A stretch of DNA of 64,000 nucleotides from assembly GCA_050084985.1 (NCBI GenBank), contig JBITNC010000002.1:18600001-18664000 (forward strand), in the 5' to 3' direction. Origin of the DNA: Nageia nagi (taxonomy: Eukaryota > Plantae > Pinophyta). A program made the translations under genes and the position numbers. Of this stretch, positions 27,201 to 40,575 are shown piece by piece; position 1 is the first letter of the stretch, and each line of letters begins with the position of its first letter. The notes below the pieces were generated by a model. It was not told the DNA's origin. It ran no database searches and worked only from the letters and a program-made list of their open reading frames with translations.

Positions 27201-28476
27201 TAAAATTCTTCTACACCTAGTTATCATCAACTCTTTTCTGATATCTCCATCTACTGTTCGATAGCTACAAACACACTAACAATACTCCCTTGCCTTCAAC
27301 AACTCAAAAACTCTTCAACAACCACATAATAAGAATAATTAAAGTATTTTAAAGCTTTGGATCTAGCATATAACTTTACTATCATGATCACTAGGACACT
27401 CAATACGCATGCAAAACTTAGATATCCATTATTGGCAATTACACTCATGCTTAGCTCAAATAAGGATTGTACTAACTATTGTATATAGTTCCATGCCTCC
27501 TTGACATGAAGAACCCATTCCATGACTATTACACCATACTTGTTTTCATTATTTTTGACTATTACATGCATCGAAGCTTCCAATTTTGGTATCACCACTC
27601 TCTCCATGATATTTGAATTAAGACCAATCACCATGACATAATTATACACATGTTAAATACTTACATTTAGCTTTAATTAACAATTTAGGCATAATACTCT
27701 TCTTTACATAACCCTATTTGATTTCGCATAAGACCCTTCATCATTGTACAACACTATATCTGTTCATGTAACCCTTGCATTTATCGCATAAACACTTTCT
27801 TCTCCACATAAGACTTGGAAAATCTACATAAGACTTGATTGTATAAGCCTTGAGTCTTCAAATAACTGCTTAAGCCTTTGAAAAAGGTTTTTAGACTCTG
27901 TACAAGGTCTAGTATCTCTACATAATAGCTTAGGAACTTCACATAGGCTTCTATATAAGCCCTCACCTGATTGCATAATGTCTCTGCATAAGGTTATTTT
28001 TCTCCACACAAGCTTTTCTTTCTCCATGTAAGCATGTGATTCTAAGCATAAGGGTTATCTTTATCGCATAAGGGTTATATTCACTACATAAGGATTATCT
28101 TCACAACATAAGGACTATCTTCATTGCATAAGGACTATCTTCATCACATAAGATTTCACTTCTCTGTATAAGACCCTGTTGACATCATATTTCGAGATAC
28201 TCCTTATTTTGTCATCACTCACTGGTCCTTTTTGTTAAATGCTTCATGGTCTTTGCATAACACTAGTTCTCTTTGCATAAGGCACTTCCACTCTATATAA
28301 GGATGTGGTTTTCTACATAAAGCATCCTTTTACATCAACAAGCTTTCTCACCTTTGATAGTACTATGACTTATTTACATCATTGATAAAAAAATAGGTAT
28401 AAATTTGATATTTTGATATTGTGGCCTCCATATGCACACCTTTAAAAACCTTTGACAATAATGATAATCATCAACA
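24295..28476 (-). mobile_element. SIRE/Maximus-like Ty1/Copia, 5' part (LTR, PBS, gag, protease), truncated before integrase
   Basis: Minus-strand gag NRAPLFEGINYSL*RIHM*TYL...DIWEDIVNGY and ORF 26170-26445 (GLVDSELVKIMGCKSSKEMWYKLKSIHE). Protease region ILDSGCSKHM plus ORF 24301-24585 (GGSIKFGNN...VLFVVGLKHNLLSVSQICD). Decayed PBS complement GCTCTTATACTA at 26706-26717. The outer LTR end is uncertain (TCAACA at 28471-28476). Confidence 0.85.
28046..28152. repeat. 20-bp tandem array (GCATAAGG.TATCTTCA..) within the SIRE-like LTR
   Basis: Five or more adjacent units, with dispersed CATAAG motifs across ~27700-28320. Confidence 0.8.
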
Positions 28477-29014
28477 CAAGCATATGGACAACACCTACAT
28501 CTTGGTAGGGAGGAATTGGTGCTACACCACCATGATCTTGGCTTCTATGCACATTTGACCTCTACTTATCACCCTTTCAAATTCCATTTACTAATGCACA
28601 CTTCATAAGAAGGTAAAATTATTGTATTCTATCACCCTTCTTGGTAGTTATCCAATCTCCTTGACCAAAATCTACATATACCTCTCTATTATCAAGTATC
28701 TAATGTATGGTCCTAAATTCCTCCTTAGTAAGGTCTACAATATTTTCCTCAACGACCTATGATTAAAATTGCAAGTATTAGTATGTACGTCAATGAATCA
28801 TAATAAAAAATCAACACATAATTGTATTGCCCACATAAAATAATAATAAAATAAATTTGTAGTATTTGAAACATACCATCATGGGAATAGATATTTTAAA
28901 AACACGCTTCTCACCAATAAGTACAACTTCCTTGTAATTCAAAAAAATAAGACATATTCAAAAAATTAACTTGCAACCATATTTTTTTGAATTATATACA
29001 TTATTATTTTTAAA

Positions 29015-30010
29015 CTAGAAAATTTGCAACAAGATTTATAAATACATCAAATACTCATTAAAAGCATTTTTATGTCACATGTTGTAGTTTTGAGTTCCCT
29101 AGTAGACATGATACAAACACAATTTCATAGAATGCAATGATTGGAGAATGTATAATTCAAGGCTACAACAAGGATGCCATTAAACTCTTTCATATAATGA
29201 AGCACTTGATTAAGGTATGATATTTATTGCCAATATGTGACTAAAACTTGAAATGTGTGTGTTGATGTTTATCCTTGGTGCTTTTATATCACATAAGAAT
29301 GTAGGAATCGATGGATTTATGACAACAATATTTTATTTTTTGGAGACTAAATATGATCCATCTTATGTTCTTCTTTCAAATATTTATGCTAAAGTGGAAA
29401 ATTGGGATGATTATGGAGTAAGGACATTGATGAAAGATTGAGGAATAAAAAAAGACACCTACATGTAGCTAGATTTAAGTTTACAAAAGGGTAAATGTTT
29501 TTCATGTAGGAGATGGTATGCAACAAACATAGTAGCATAATTTGAAAATTTTCAATTCTCCTTTCCCAAAATTCTCAAACTGGTAAATTTACAATAGGTT
29601 TTATAAGTACATCAAAGACTCATTATCTAATCATTTGAGCATCATTTAAACCTTTATGTATAACATTTTAATATAACCCTAAACTAAAATATTATTTTCC
29701 TTGATTAATATGAGTTTTTTTATGTATATACATAAGAATGTCGAAATTAGGGTATTTATGGTAGCAAACTTTATTTTATTGGAGATATATGGAACATGAA
29801 AGAGTACAATAGGTCGTAGGAATTATTTGATAAGATGTATGATGCAAACATAGTTCCATAGAATGCAACAAAAAGTGGTAGAATTCGAATATTTTATAAT
29901 TACCCTAAACCCTAAACATTCTCTAATAATGCCCCAAATTGGAAAATTTGCAACAAGGTTCATAAATAAATCAAAGAATATTTTAAAGCATATTTTTATC
30001 ACATGTTATG
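29015..30010 (+). pseudogene. Fragmented PLS-class (E/E+) pentatricopeptide repeat protein pseudogene
   Basis: IHQILIKSIFMSHVVVLSSLVDM, TIS*NAMIGECIIQGYNKDAIKLFHIMKH, and an E domain LGAFISHKNVG...SYVLLSNIYAKVENWDD...RTLMKD*GIK..TPTCS*I*VYKRVNVFHVGD. A further repeat reads ELFDKMYDANIVP*NA (~29820-29870). Stops and deletions occur throughout. Confidence 0.82.
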
Positions 30011-30429
30011 AAGGAAAACAACCCTAGGTAAAGAATTGAAGAAGAAAAACCCTAAGTAAACAAATTTAACAATAAAATAACTTCAATATAATAAATCAAC
30101 AATGCATACCATGATGGTCATTGTGCCCTTGCTGCTAGAGAGCTCCATGTAGCGATGTCGTCTAGAATACATTGCAATTTCCTACAATTTGGTTAGGATT
30201 TTTTGTTGATGAATAAAAATAAAAACAAACAAATGATATACACATACAAAGAAGAAAATATTTTGATAGGGCATTCGAACATACGAGTACCAGAGTTCCT
30301 CTTAGTGGCACCATTCAAGATGATTTGCAAATTTTTTTGATATAGATCATCTACTTTTGTTTTGAATTTTGGAGAAAAAATATGAATACTGTATACATGC
30401 CTTGAATATAACTTTTGATTTATATCCAT

Positions 30430-30960
30430 CACTATATGCCTATGATGTATCTAGAAATATAAATTAAATTTCATTTATAATTCTTGCTATATGCCCACTA
30501 TATATCTGCTATATGCCCATAATATGTCTTAATAAAATTTCATTTTTTTTTATATTTCTCACTATATGCTCATGATAATAACCATTATATGCCCAAAATA
30601 AAATTGTTATATGCCCATGATATATCTTGTCCAAAAATTTCAAAATTTTACTTGTTTCTTGTTATACACCCATGATGTATTTGATATATGCCCATCATTT
30701 ATCCTAACATAAAATTTCAAATTTTTTCATATTTATGGATAGAAGCCCATGATATAGTTTCTATATATACCTATGGAATATCCTTGAATAGTGTTGAAAT
30801 TAGGTAGTGATCGGGTTGCAGATTTCAATATATGCCCATAATTAATGTGTCAATATACACCCATGATACATCTGAGTAGAGCAATAGGATTAAGCAACGA
30901 TGGTGGTGGTGGAAAGTATATATGCCTAGCATATTTTTGATATACACCCATGATATATGT
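30430..30960. repeat. Dispersed short-motif array (TATATGCCCATGATATA-like), probable non-autonomous DNA-transposon relic
   Basis: More than 10 copies of ATATGCCCA/ATACACCCATGAT motifs in the same orientation. Confidence 0.55.
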
Positions 30961-31719
30961 ATGAATTTGATCAGAGAATAGGCTTCTTCTATTCCAAATA
31001 CAATACCTTTGTTGTTGTATGTGGACACTAATGATAAAGAATTACTTCTCTTCCAGCATAGAAAAAATTGATAATTAATTACGTTTGGATTATTAAAGAT
31101 AAACCCTAAACTGTTAATAGAATTATGAATAATTTTCAAGTATATGATGACTTCCATACTACAACTAAGTTTATATCCAAGATTATTGCAAGGGATATTT
31201 TTTCCAGAGATATGAACCAAATCCATATTGACCCTGATAAACAAAATTTGAGAGAGCATTAAAATGGTAAAGGTTTTATTTGAACAAAATGGGGGATGCA
31301 CAAATAATTGGATGCAAATATCTTTCTTATAAAATTGTGATAACAACCTTGATAGAAATGTATGCAAGATTTATATTCAATCTTCCCAGACATAAATCTA
31401 TGATATTTCCTGTCAAGCTTCCCAAATAAGTTTGAATCTTACAAATGACTATTTATTTAAACATTGTTGAATTTAGAAATCCTAGTTGAAGAAAAAACTA
31501 TGCAACAATGGTTCCTATTCCGTAATAGTTGAAGGCTCTTGGTGGAAATATTATTATGTAATAATGGATGAATGAAGAGGAGAATCTACATTAATGGTGT
31601 TACTTTCTCTTATTTTGGCGTAATAATTAACTATTATGTTCCGTGTTCATGGTTTTCTTTCCTTTTAAATTTGCAAGAATAACTTGTGTGTATATCATAA
31701 TAACTTTGGAACATGTCTA

Positions 31720-32280
31720 TATTATGTGCATATATCATACAATAATTAAAAAAAATGGTCGCAAGTAGGTCACTAATAATGAATTTGATATACGCACAAG
31801 ATAAAATATATGATATATGCACGAGATAGGACATAAAATATACAACACGTAATATGCATAGTTATATACATAGGAGATACAATTTTTTGCCAAAAAGCAT
31901 GTCATCTGAAAAATAATTGATATATGCATAGACTATCACCAATTATTACCAAAAAGAGTTTTGATATTCGCATGAGATAAAGATATGATACGCACATAAT
32001 ATTTATAGCAATATATGTACAAGATATTAAATATAGTATATACACATAATATGCATAATGATATACATATAAGATATAATTTTTACCAGAAATTAAGTTG
32101 TTAAAAAAATACTTGATATATACATATAATATTTATGATATACACACAAACTATCATTTTCGTCAAAAATTAATACTTGAATATGCAATTTTACAAAAAA
32201 AAAATATACTTGATATATATACATATAATACATAATCATTTAAGTACACAATATGATTACGCCAAGAAAAATACTAACCA
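31720..32280. repeat. GATATA(T/C)GCAC motif array (DNA-transposon-like), duplicated at ~4270-4900
   Basis: Repeated TGATATACGCAC/TGATATATGCAC units, also present in the duplicated copy. Confidence 0.55.
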
Positions 32281-32359
32281 AAAATCAATTCATACCTGCA
32301 CGTGATATAATGAAAGGAAACAGTGAGATTAAACGACAGCAGTGGCGAAATTTTCTTAG

Positions 32360-33135
32360 CTTTTCTTTGGTATGTGGGATATTAAAATAAGCAGGTGCAT
32401 AAATTACACATGTCAAAAAGAAAGTTCGTATATAACTCAAGGTAAGACATGATGTCACAGTTCGATATTTGTGGTGTTCAACTTTTCTTCCCTTCCTCTA
32501 CGACACAATCAATGAAATTGTGCGCCACCTTCGACTCTTTAACCTCTCACTCCTATTCCTGTAAATCCAATGAAGTTCGGCAGTCAGCAACAATCTAACC
32601 CCTCCTTTTTTGGCATTGGCGTCCTATTCCCAGCCAACAAGTTTGATGTTGAGCCCCTGAATAATTGCAGACCGTGAAAAGTTCTGCCCCGTTCAGGGAA
32701 CCTGGAACAAAATTACAAATGTTACTCTAGCTTATAGTTGGTATAGTTTAGTTGGTATGTGGCGTCACAGTGTGGACAGATTAAGGATTAGGTGTTAGAT
32801 TAAATTAAAGAGTAAATATTATATCTGATAGAAACATAAATGCCTTGGAACTTGGTAAGTTCACGGAAATTTAGTAGATTTGCGTGGCAGACACTCTTTT
32901 CTAGCAAATCTCTGACGTACAAAGCTTTACCTTTAGCTGCAGACAGGTTGACTCCCACCCTAACTCTCCTAGTATATATATGTATAGATTTCAAATTTAT
33001 GATTCATTCTTAGGCGTGGATCAATCTTCTGGGGGTTTTATAATGTATTATTATGATCTGGGTGTTTATAAATTAGTAATATAGTTGTTGTGAGGGATAA
33101 TCTGTGCAGTAGGAAGGGTGGAAATTTTGCATAAA
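32360..33135 (+). promoter_or_regulatory. MYB proximal promoter/5' leader
   Basis: CpG-retaining, non-TE sequence directly upstream of the ATG. TATATATA at 32973-32980, W-box TTGACT at 32948, TGACG at 32913, and AC-element-like GTTGGT (32737, 32751) and ATTAGGT (32787). Confidence 0.65.
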
Positions 33136-34581
33136 ATGGGTCGCGCACCTTGCTGTGACAATGAAGGTGGTCTTAAGAAGGGGCCATGGACTCCCAATGA
33201 AGACCAAAAGCTTATGGATTATATTCAACTCCACGGCCATGGAAACTGGCGGACTCTCCCTAAACGTGCTGGTAACAATTTCAGCACTTCCTCACATATT
33301 TCAGGATTTCCAATTGTATACAAATAGTTATTGCATTTCCTGGCGTTCTGATCCATTCGATATGATACTATGTTTTTGGGTTGTTTGCAGGGCTGTTGAG
33401 GTGCGGGAAGAGTTGCAGGTTGCGATGGGCTAATTATCTCAGACCCGACATCAAACGAGGCAAATTTTCATTCGAAGAAGAGCAGACCATTATTCAACTC
33501 CACGGCGTTATGGGTAACAAGTAAGGCTAACTAGCATTTTAATTTTGCTCAGCTTGGTTTGAGAGCTAATAACAGTGCTGAATGCAGGTGGTCTTCCATA
33601 GCGTCTCATCTCCCTGGAAGAACGGATAACGAGATAAAGAATCACTGGAATACCCATCTTAAGAAACGCCTTCTTCATATGGGGATTGATCCAGTTACTC
33701 ACAGGACTAGGATGGATATCTTCAATTTTGGAAATATGAATCAATTCCTGGGGCCAACTACTCTTAACCAAATGACATCTAGATGGGAAAATACGCGGCT
33801 GCATGAAGCGTTGATGAGAGACCATTTTCTAAGAAGTGCTGCAGCAGGCATGATCCACTACAATCAGAAGTCAAGCACGGACTTTCTCATGAAGACAATT
33901 GCAGATAATTTCTTTAACAGGCAAGACTTTAATCCTAATTCTATTGTGCCTCAGATTTCGGCCCAATATTCCGAGAATTATGTGGGATCCTTAGAGTACC
34001 TTAGATTAATTTCCAGGGCTCTGCAACAATTGCAATGTCAATCTCAGATCATTAATGATACCCTGAATTCAGCACCCATTTCTTCGTTCTCTCCCTCTGT
34101 CTCCCTCATCAACAATCAAAACCTCAATACAAACGGTGCCTATGATAATTTCTTTAATTCTTCGAGCTTAATGTTACAGCAGCAGAATCCACCTTCGAAA
34201 GTCGAGGACATCAACTCCTCAATGGCTTTGGATACTTCAATGGTGTGGTCTGAAGACAAACTATTTGGATTCTGTAAGAGTGATTTACAGTCTTTACCGG
34301 CACTTGCATCGTGTACATCCTCTCCAAATATGACAGGGAGATCTGAGATGGTTACGGATTATTCTTCGTCAATGCTAAATATCAGCGGTACTACAGATCC
34401 AGGTACTTCTAGTGATATATTTCATGCGTTCCCATCTCAATTTTCTTTGGATTCTCCTCAAGCTCACCAGCAACTCCAGAAAATCCCAGATACACAGAAT
34501 TGCGAAAATAGCATAGATTATTGGAGTGATATGCTCCAATATCTTTCAGAAGACAATTTTAACCACAATCCAGACCATTAA
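33136..34581 (+). CDS. MYB: R2R3-MYB transcription factor, 419 aa; exons 33136-33271, 33391-33520, 33588-34581 (MYB53/92/93-MYB9/39/107 or MYB41/74/102-like)
   Basis: [26 protein letters not shown]...NWRTLPKRA|[43 protein letters not shown]|[43 protein letters not shown] introns of 119 and 67 bp sit at canonical R2R3-MYB positions, with the 130-bp exon 2. The spliced CDS is 1260 nt with no internal stop. C-terminal LPALxS..SP and YWSDML motifs. Subgroup assignment is by motif recall only. Confidence 0.96.
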
Positions 34582-34805
34582 AAAGAATTTTTGTGGTTGA
34601 AAATGTGCACAGCAATCAATATCAGAGAGTCCACAGCCATGGAAGCTGAAGGCAGATTCATAGGAAAGATTTTAATGTAGGTTATGTCTGGTATATCGTT
34701 TGTAATTAGAATTTACAAAGCATGGTTGTAAACACTGCCTATGTTTTTTTTATTCGTTTAAACAAAAAAAATGAGATTTTCTTGAGAGCTTGTATTGGTG
34801 GAATG

Positions 34806-37800
34806 TGTTGAAGATTCTAGAGTAATTTCAAGTTGGTATAATTCCGTATATATGTATAGTGGTTATTTATGCCCATAATATTGTAAAGAGCTATGTATGA
34901 ATGAAAATCAAGTTCTTGACTTGGTATCAGAGCCAGGTTACGAAAAAAACCATATGGCTTTCGAATCATCAACTCTAGTAATCCATATCCAATCTGAAAC
35001 TTCTACCTTCCAGGCCGAAGTTGTCCTCACCGAAAGTAACTATGATGTATGGTCCCAAATATTAGAGATGCAAATCGTAGGACGTGAGAAGCTCGAATAT
35101 ATTATTGGTAAAACTGATCCACCGAAGGAAGCTGATGCTACTTATGCAAAGTGGTATGCAGAGAATCAAAAGGTCAAGGGTTGGTTACTGACCTCCATGT
35201 CGCCAGAGATAATGAAGCGTTATCTCTGACTGCGTACTGCAAGGGAAATCAGGAGTGCTCTTGCCAAAGCATTCTATGATGGATCGGATGAGACACAACT
35301 CTTTGCACTGAATCAGCATGCCTTCACCACCAAACAAGCTGGTCGACCTTTATCAACTTATTACGGTGAGCTTGTTGAAATTTTCCAAGAATTAAATTAT
35401 CATGATAAAGTTATCATGAAGGATCCTGATGATATTGTCACCTATAAGAAGTCCGTTACACGGTTGAGAGTGCACATTTTTCATAGTGGCTTGGATGCAG
35501 AATTCGAACAAATTAGAGGTGAGGTTCTTCGAAAGGACCTTGCAATGGACCTTGACGACACCTATGCCTATGTCCATCGAGATGCTATACACCGAGCCAC
35601 CTTAAATGCTGAATCCGATAATCTTGAGTCTTTCGCTCTAATGGCTCGATGTGCTAAGCCTCAACCACGACAATCCGCTCAAAAAATTGATTCTGAACAA
35701 GCATGATCTTAGAAGGGCAGCTATGAAATAGGTGCTGCCAAACCCGAACGTTTGTGCACTCACTGTGGTGAGATAGGCCATACAAAGGCATGATGTTATG
35801 ACTTAATTGGCACCATGCAAGCGTAATTCAAAGCCAAATCACCAAGCTTCTGTTGCTATGACCAAAACTTCTAATGATGGTGCAGAAGCTTCCTCTTCGA
35901 TTGCTACTTCAGGTAACATTGGTAAGGATTTCCATACTTTTGCATTAGATTGTAGTAGTAGTACATGGATAATTGATTTTGGTGCCACGGATCACATGAC
36001 CTTTGACAGTCAGCATGGTCAATCTATGAAACAGTCCACCACACATATAGTCTCTACTACCAATGGCAATCCCTCACCTATGATTGGAGAATGTTTAGTT
36101 CCTCTATCACATAATTTGAATCTTGATTCTATTTTAGTTGTACCTTCCCTTAGCCATAATTTATTATCTATTACTCAATTAACTAGTGCATTGTATTGTG
36201 TTGTGATTTTCTGGCCTGACCATTGTGTTTTTAAGGACATTCAAACTTGAAAGATGATTGGTTATGGTACTAGAAGGGGAAAGCTATACTATCTAGATCT
36301 AAAGCCTACCAGCTCACATCAGCTGGCTCAAGCTCTTTCAATGGATCAGATTGACAAATCCTCCAAAATTTGGTTATGACACAAGTGCTTGGGTCATGTG
36401 TCTTTTGGATATTTAAAAAAATTGTTCCCAAATTTGTTTTCTCAGTTAAGTACTTCAGATTTCAAATGTAGTATTTGTGAACTTGCAAAAAGTCATCGTG
36501 TATCATTCCCATTGAGCATGAATAAAAGTCCAGTAACTTTTATGTTGATTCACTCTGATGTATGGGGGGTATCCAAACACCCTTCCTTGAATGGTTCTTA
36601 TTGGTTTATCACATTTATTGATGATCACACTTGTATGACTTGGGTTTGCTTGATGAAATCAAAGAATGAAGTTAGCTTCTTATTTCAAAAATTTCATAAG
36701 ATGATCGCCACTCAATACCAATCTCACATACAAGTTCTTTGTACTGATAATGGTGGAGAGTTTGTTAATCAGGACCTAAAGAAGTACTTGTAGGAACATG
36801 GCATATCTCACCAGATGACTTGCCCTTATTCCCCTTAGCAAAATGGGGTTGCAGAGCATAAGAATCGCCACCTACTTGAAGTTGTATGAGCCTCTTTGTT
36901 TGGAGCTCACATGCCCACCAGTTACTGGGGTGAAGCACTCAGTGTTGCAGCTTACCTCATTAATCGTGTACCCTCCAGCTCGCTGAATTTTTAGACTCCT
37001 TTTGAAGTTCTTAATTCAACTATAACTACTCCTACTACTCCAAGTTTATCACCTAGAATTTTTGGGTGCGTGGTATTTATGCATCTTCCTAAGCCATTGC
37101 GTGATAAGCTAGAACCACGAGTACTACAATGTGTCTTTGTTGGCTATGCCCCACTTCAGAAGGGCTATCGCTACTATCGTCCCCCATCATAAAAAATGTA
37201 TGTCACCCTTGATGTTGTCTTTCATGAAATGACATGTACTATGCTGTTCCTGAGTCCTCAATTTAGGGGGAGAGACAAAATGAATTGCAGACTCTAAATC
37301 TAAATCCTTCTTTGGACCAATTAGATACAAGTGGTGAATTTTTGGATACAAATGGTGAGTGTCCAGAGGAGGCAATAGGGTAACGTGAGCAACTTGTTCT
37401 TGACCAACGAGATGTTAGTTTAAATGAGGAAAATATTTAGAATCAGATGGAAGTAACTCCACTTCAAGTACCATCTGACCAATTATTTTTTGAAGATAAT
37501 TCCTTTGCCGAACCCTAGGTACATTTTGAATCTCAATTCCTTCCAAAAGTACTACCTAATCGAGCCACTAGAGGTATACCTAGAGCTAACTATGAACCTG
37601 TTCTTAGTTCCAATCCTAAGTATCCCATGAGCAATTATGTATCCTACCATAGACTATCAAAAGAAAGTGAGTCATTTGTGAATCAATTATCTGCTGTATC
37701 TATCCCTACTAACATGCAGGAAGCTCTGGGAGATCCTAGGTGGAAGGAAGCTATGAATGAAGAAATGAAATCACTTCAAAAGAACTTAACTTGGAATGTT

Positions 37801-39045
37801 GTTGAGCTGCCTAAAGGAAAGAAACCTGTTGGATGTAGGTGGGTTTTCATAATCAAATACAAGGTAGATGGAACCATTGAACGATTCAAAGCTAGACTAG
37901 TTGCCAAGGGGTACACTCAAACTTATGGAATTGACTACATGGAGACATTCGCACCAGTAGCAAAAATCAATACTATCCGTATTCTTATATCCTTAGCGAT
38001 GAATCTTGACTGGCCATTGCAGCAATTTGATGTGAAGAATGCCTTCTTGCATGGAGACCTTCAAGAGGAAGTATACATGGAGTTGCCCCCTGGATGTAAT
38101 ATGCAGTCAGAAGGTGGAAAACATGTCTACATATTGAAAAAGGCCCTATACGGTCTAAAGAAATCTTTGAGAGCATGGTTTGGAAGGTTTACGAAGTCAA
38201 TGAAGGTTTTTGGATACAAGCAAAGTAACTCAGATCATACTCTTTTTGTGAAGCATAATAAAGGAATGATTACTTGTCTCATTGTGTATATTGATGATAT
38301 GATTGTAACCGAAAATGATTTAGAAGAAAGGAGAGCATTGCAAAACCATCTGGCTCGAGAATTTGAGATGAAGGACCTTGTTCCATTGAAGTACTTCCTT
38401 GGTATTGAAGTGTCAAGATCAAAGGAATGTGTCTTCCTATCTCAACAAAAATATGCCTTAGATTTACTAAGTGAGACTGGTATGACGACATGTAGTCTAG
38501 TTAGCACTCCTATGGAAGAAAACATGAAGCTAGGCATATATCCGGATTAAGTTCCAACAAACAAGGAGAGGTATCAAAGATTAGTTGGGAAACTAATGTA
38601 TCTTGCACATACTCGGCCTGACTTGGCATATGCACTAAGTGTCATAAGCCAATTCATGCATTCTCCAAGTGAAGAACATATGAATGTAGTTACTCGCATT
38701 TTGTGCTACTTGAAGTCATCTCTAGGGAAAGGGATTATGTTTAAAAAGGGGAATAATTTGGATGTCAAAGGATACACTAATGCAAATTGGGCTAGATAAG
38801 TAAAAGATAGGTGATCTACAGTAGGGTATTTCACTTTTATAGGAGGAAATTTGGTCACTTGGCGAAGTAAGAAGCAAGTTGTAGTTGCTCTATCTAGTGT
38901 TGAATCTAAGTTTAGAGGAATGACTAAGGCAATATGTGAATTGTTATGGATCTATAATTTATTAAATGATCTGAATATTAAGCATAACAACCCAATGAAA
39001 CTATATTGTGATAATAAGGTAGCTTGTGATATTTCCCACAACCCA
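34806..39045 (+). mobile_element. Ale-like Ty1/Copia retrotransposon, 3'-truncated (short 5' LTR, PBS, gag-PR-IN-RT-RH with premature stops)
   Basis: Probable LTR TGTTGAAG...TTGAC (34806-34921) and a perfect PBS TGGTATCAGAGCC at 34922. Gag, CTHCGEIGH zinc knuckle, WIIDFGATDHMT protease, LIHSDVWG/TFIDD/DNGGEF integrase, RT (QFDVKNAFLHG, LIVYIDDMIV), and RNase H ending abruptly at ISHNP (39045). No 3' LTR. Confidence 0.95.
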
Positions 39046-39103
39046 AATGGTTAAATACATTTTGCTATAATAGAGCGTGACATTTTATTCCCTATGTACA
39101 AAA

Positions 39104-40575
39104 GATTGTAAACTACTATGATGTGATAATAGTAATAATAATATTTTTTTAAGTGGAAATCTCGAAACACTTCAAATTTAGTACATGTAAGTGGTTTGTA
39201 AACATATGAAAATGACATTGTATTTTTATGTGTTTGGTGTATTTATGAAATACTGGATTATGAACAAGCTTCAAAATACTTGATTGTCATAGTATAGAGT
39301 TGTTGAAGTTTGTGGTATTTCCATTCTTATTATCCTTCGTTTCAACCATATCGCCCCTCAAATGACTCCTCTTGAAACATGGTATTCATGTTTTATGGAA
39401 GATTGAGTAACCATTTATTGCTTTTTGTTTACCCATGATATATCTTTAGATCCAAGAAAGAATATATATAACCATGTGTGGATCTTCTAAATCAATTAGT
39501 CCTAGACATAATTTGCATTCGTATTGTGAGTTAAGAGGAATTGATCATTCTTCTTAAATTCTAGATCATATTGAATAATACCATGAATATAACTTAATAC
39601 ATTCTTTGTTGCCTTCCAATGATACTCTTTGGGTTCTTGCATTAATTAAGAAAGGCTATAAGTTGATATTTGGCCTATTGTAAGTTAAGTAAATGACACT
39701 CACAAAACATTGTTGATAAAGAGTGACATTCGCATGTGGAGATGATTCATATCATGATAGCTAAAGTCCTCATAATTACTTATGATGATTAAACTATTGA
39801 CATATATAATGATGATCATAACTTACCTTTCTTGCTCTTTATGGTGTAGGTTTGACTGATATGGACTTTTCTCAAGATCATGCAATTAATTAATCTATTA
39901 CAATTTTTCAAAAGTATTTAAGTGCCCTTGATTAAAGTTTATATTGAAAGAATTAAAATAATTTCTAGTTCAACCTCCAAAGAAGGTGAACTCCTTATTA
40001 AGCATTTTTTTAAAGAAGAAATAGAGAGAAAAAGAGATAGAGATACTTAACAACTATGCCATTTTTGATAATATATTGAGATGTAGATTCCTATATGGAT
40101 GAAAACCTAGATAATAACAAAATATTCAACTAAATAAAGTAAAATACTACCACAAAGAATCACCTAATAGACACAAAATGCAATCATAGTTAATGATAAA
40201 GTAGTGCAAATGCAAGTATTAACAACATCCACATAAACTCATTAATAATGAACCTATTCAACCCTTCTAATTGGGATAGATGAAATAATTTATATTTGAA
40301 TTGGTAAAATTACAATTTAGCTAATAAAAATAAAATTTTATATTATTTAATCCTTTCTTTGGAGACCATAATTCTTTTATAGAATTTTCTCTTTTGAAAG
40401 AATAATAAAACTACTGCTACTAAAAATACAATGCATGCACATGAAGAATGCATGGAATAGAGAAAATACAGTACAAATCATAATATAAATATCTTAAAGA
40501 GTTCTTTGCATAGTTTTCCATTTTTTTTTTATCTTGCTATAGTTATGAGGTACTTAGTCTTTAATAATGTTTATG
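39104..40575. repeat. Copy C of the triplicated block, in its position downstream of the intact MYB
   Basis: Colinear with copies A and B. Lacks 142 bp (copy A 6508-6649) at an AAG microhomology near 39766. Confidence 0.88.

Noticed and set aside
30825-31367. 180-aa minus-strand ORF (and its counterpart 3506-3724)
   Set aside because: No recognisable domain, and the paralogous copy is not open over the same length. It is more likely antisense to decayed sequence.
33559-33587. Start of the 340-aa ORF ([10 protein letters not shown]) as a real N-terminus
   Set aside because: It lies in intron 2. The true exon 3 begins at 33588 after TGCAG.
33508-33825. 105-aa antisense ORF over MYB exon 3
   Set aside because: Shadow ORF of the real gene with no independent evidence.
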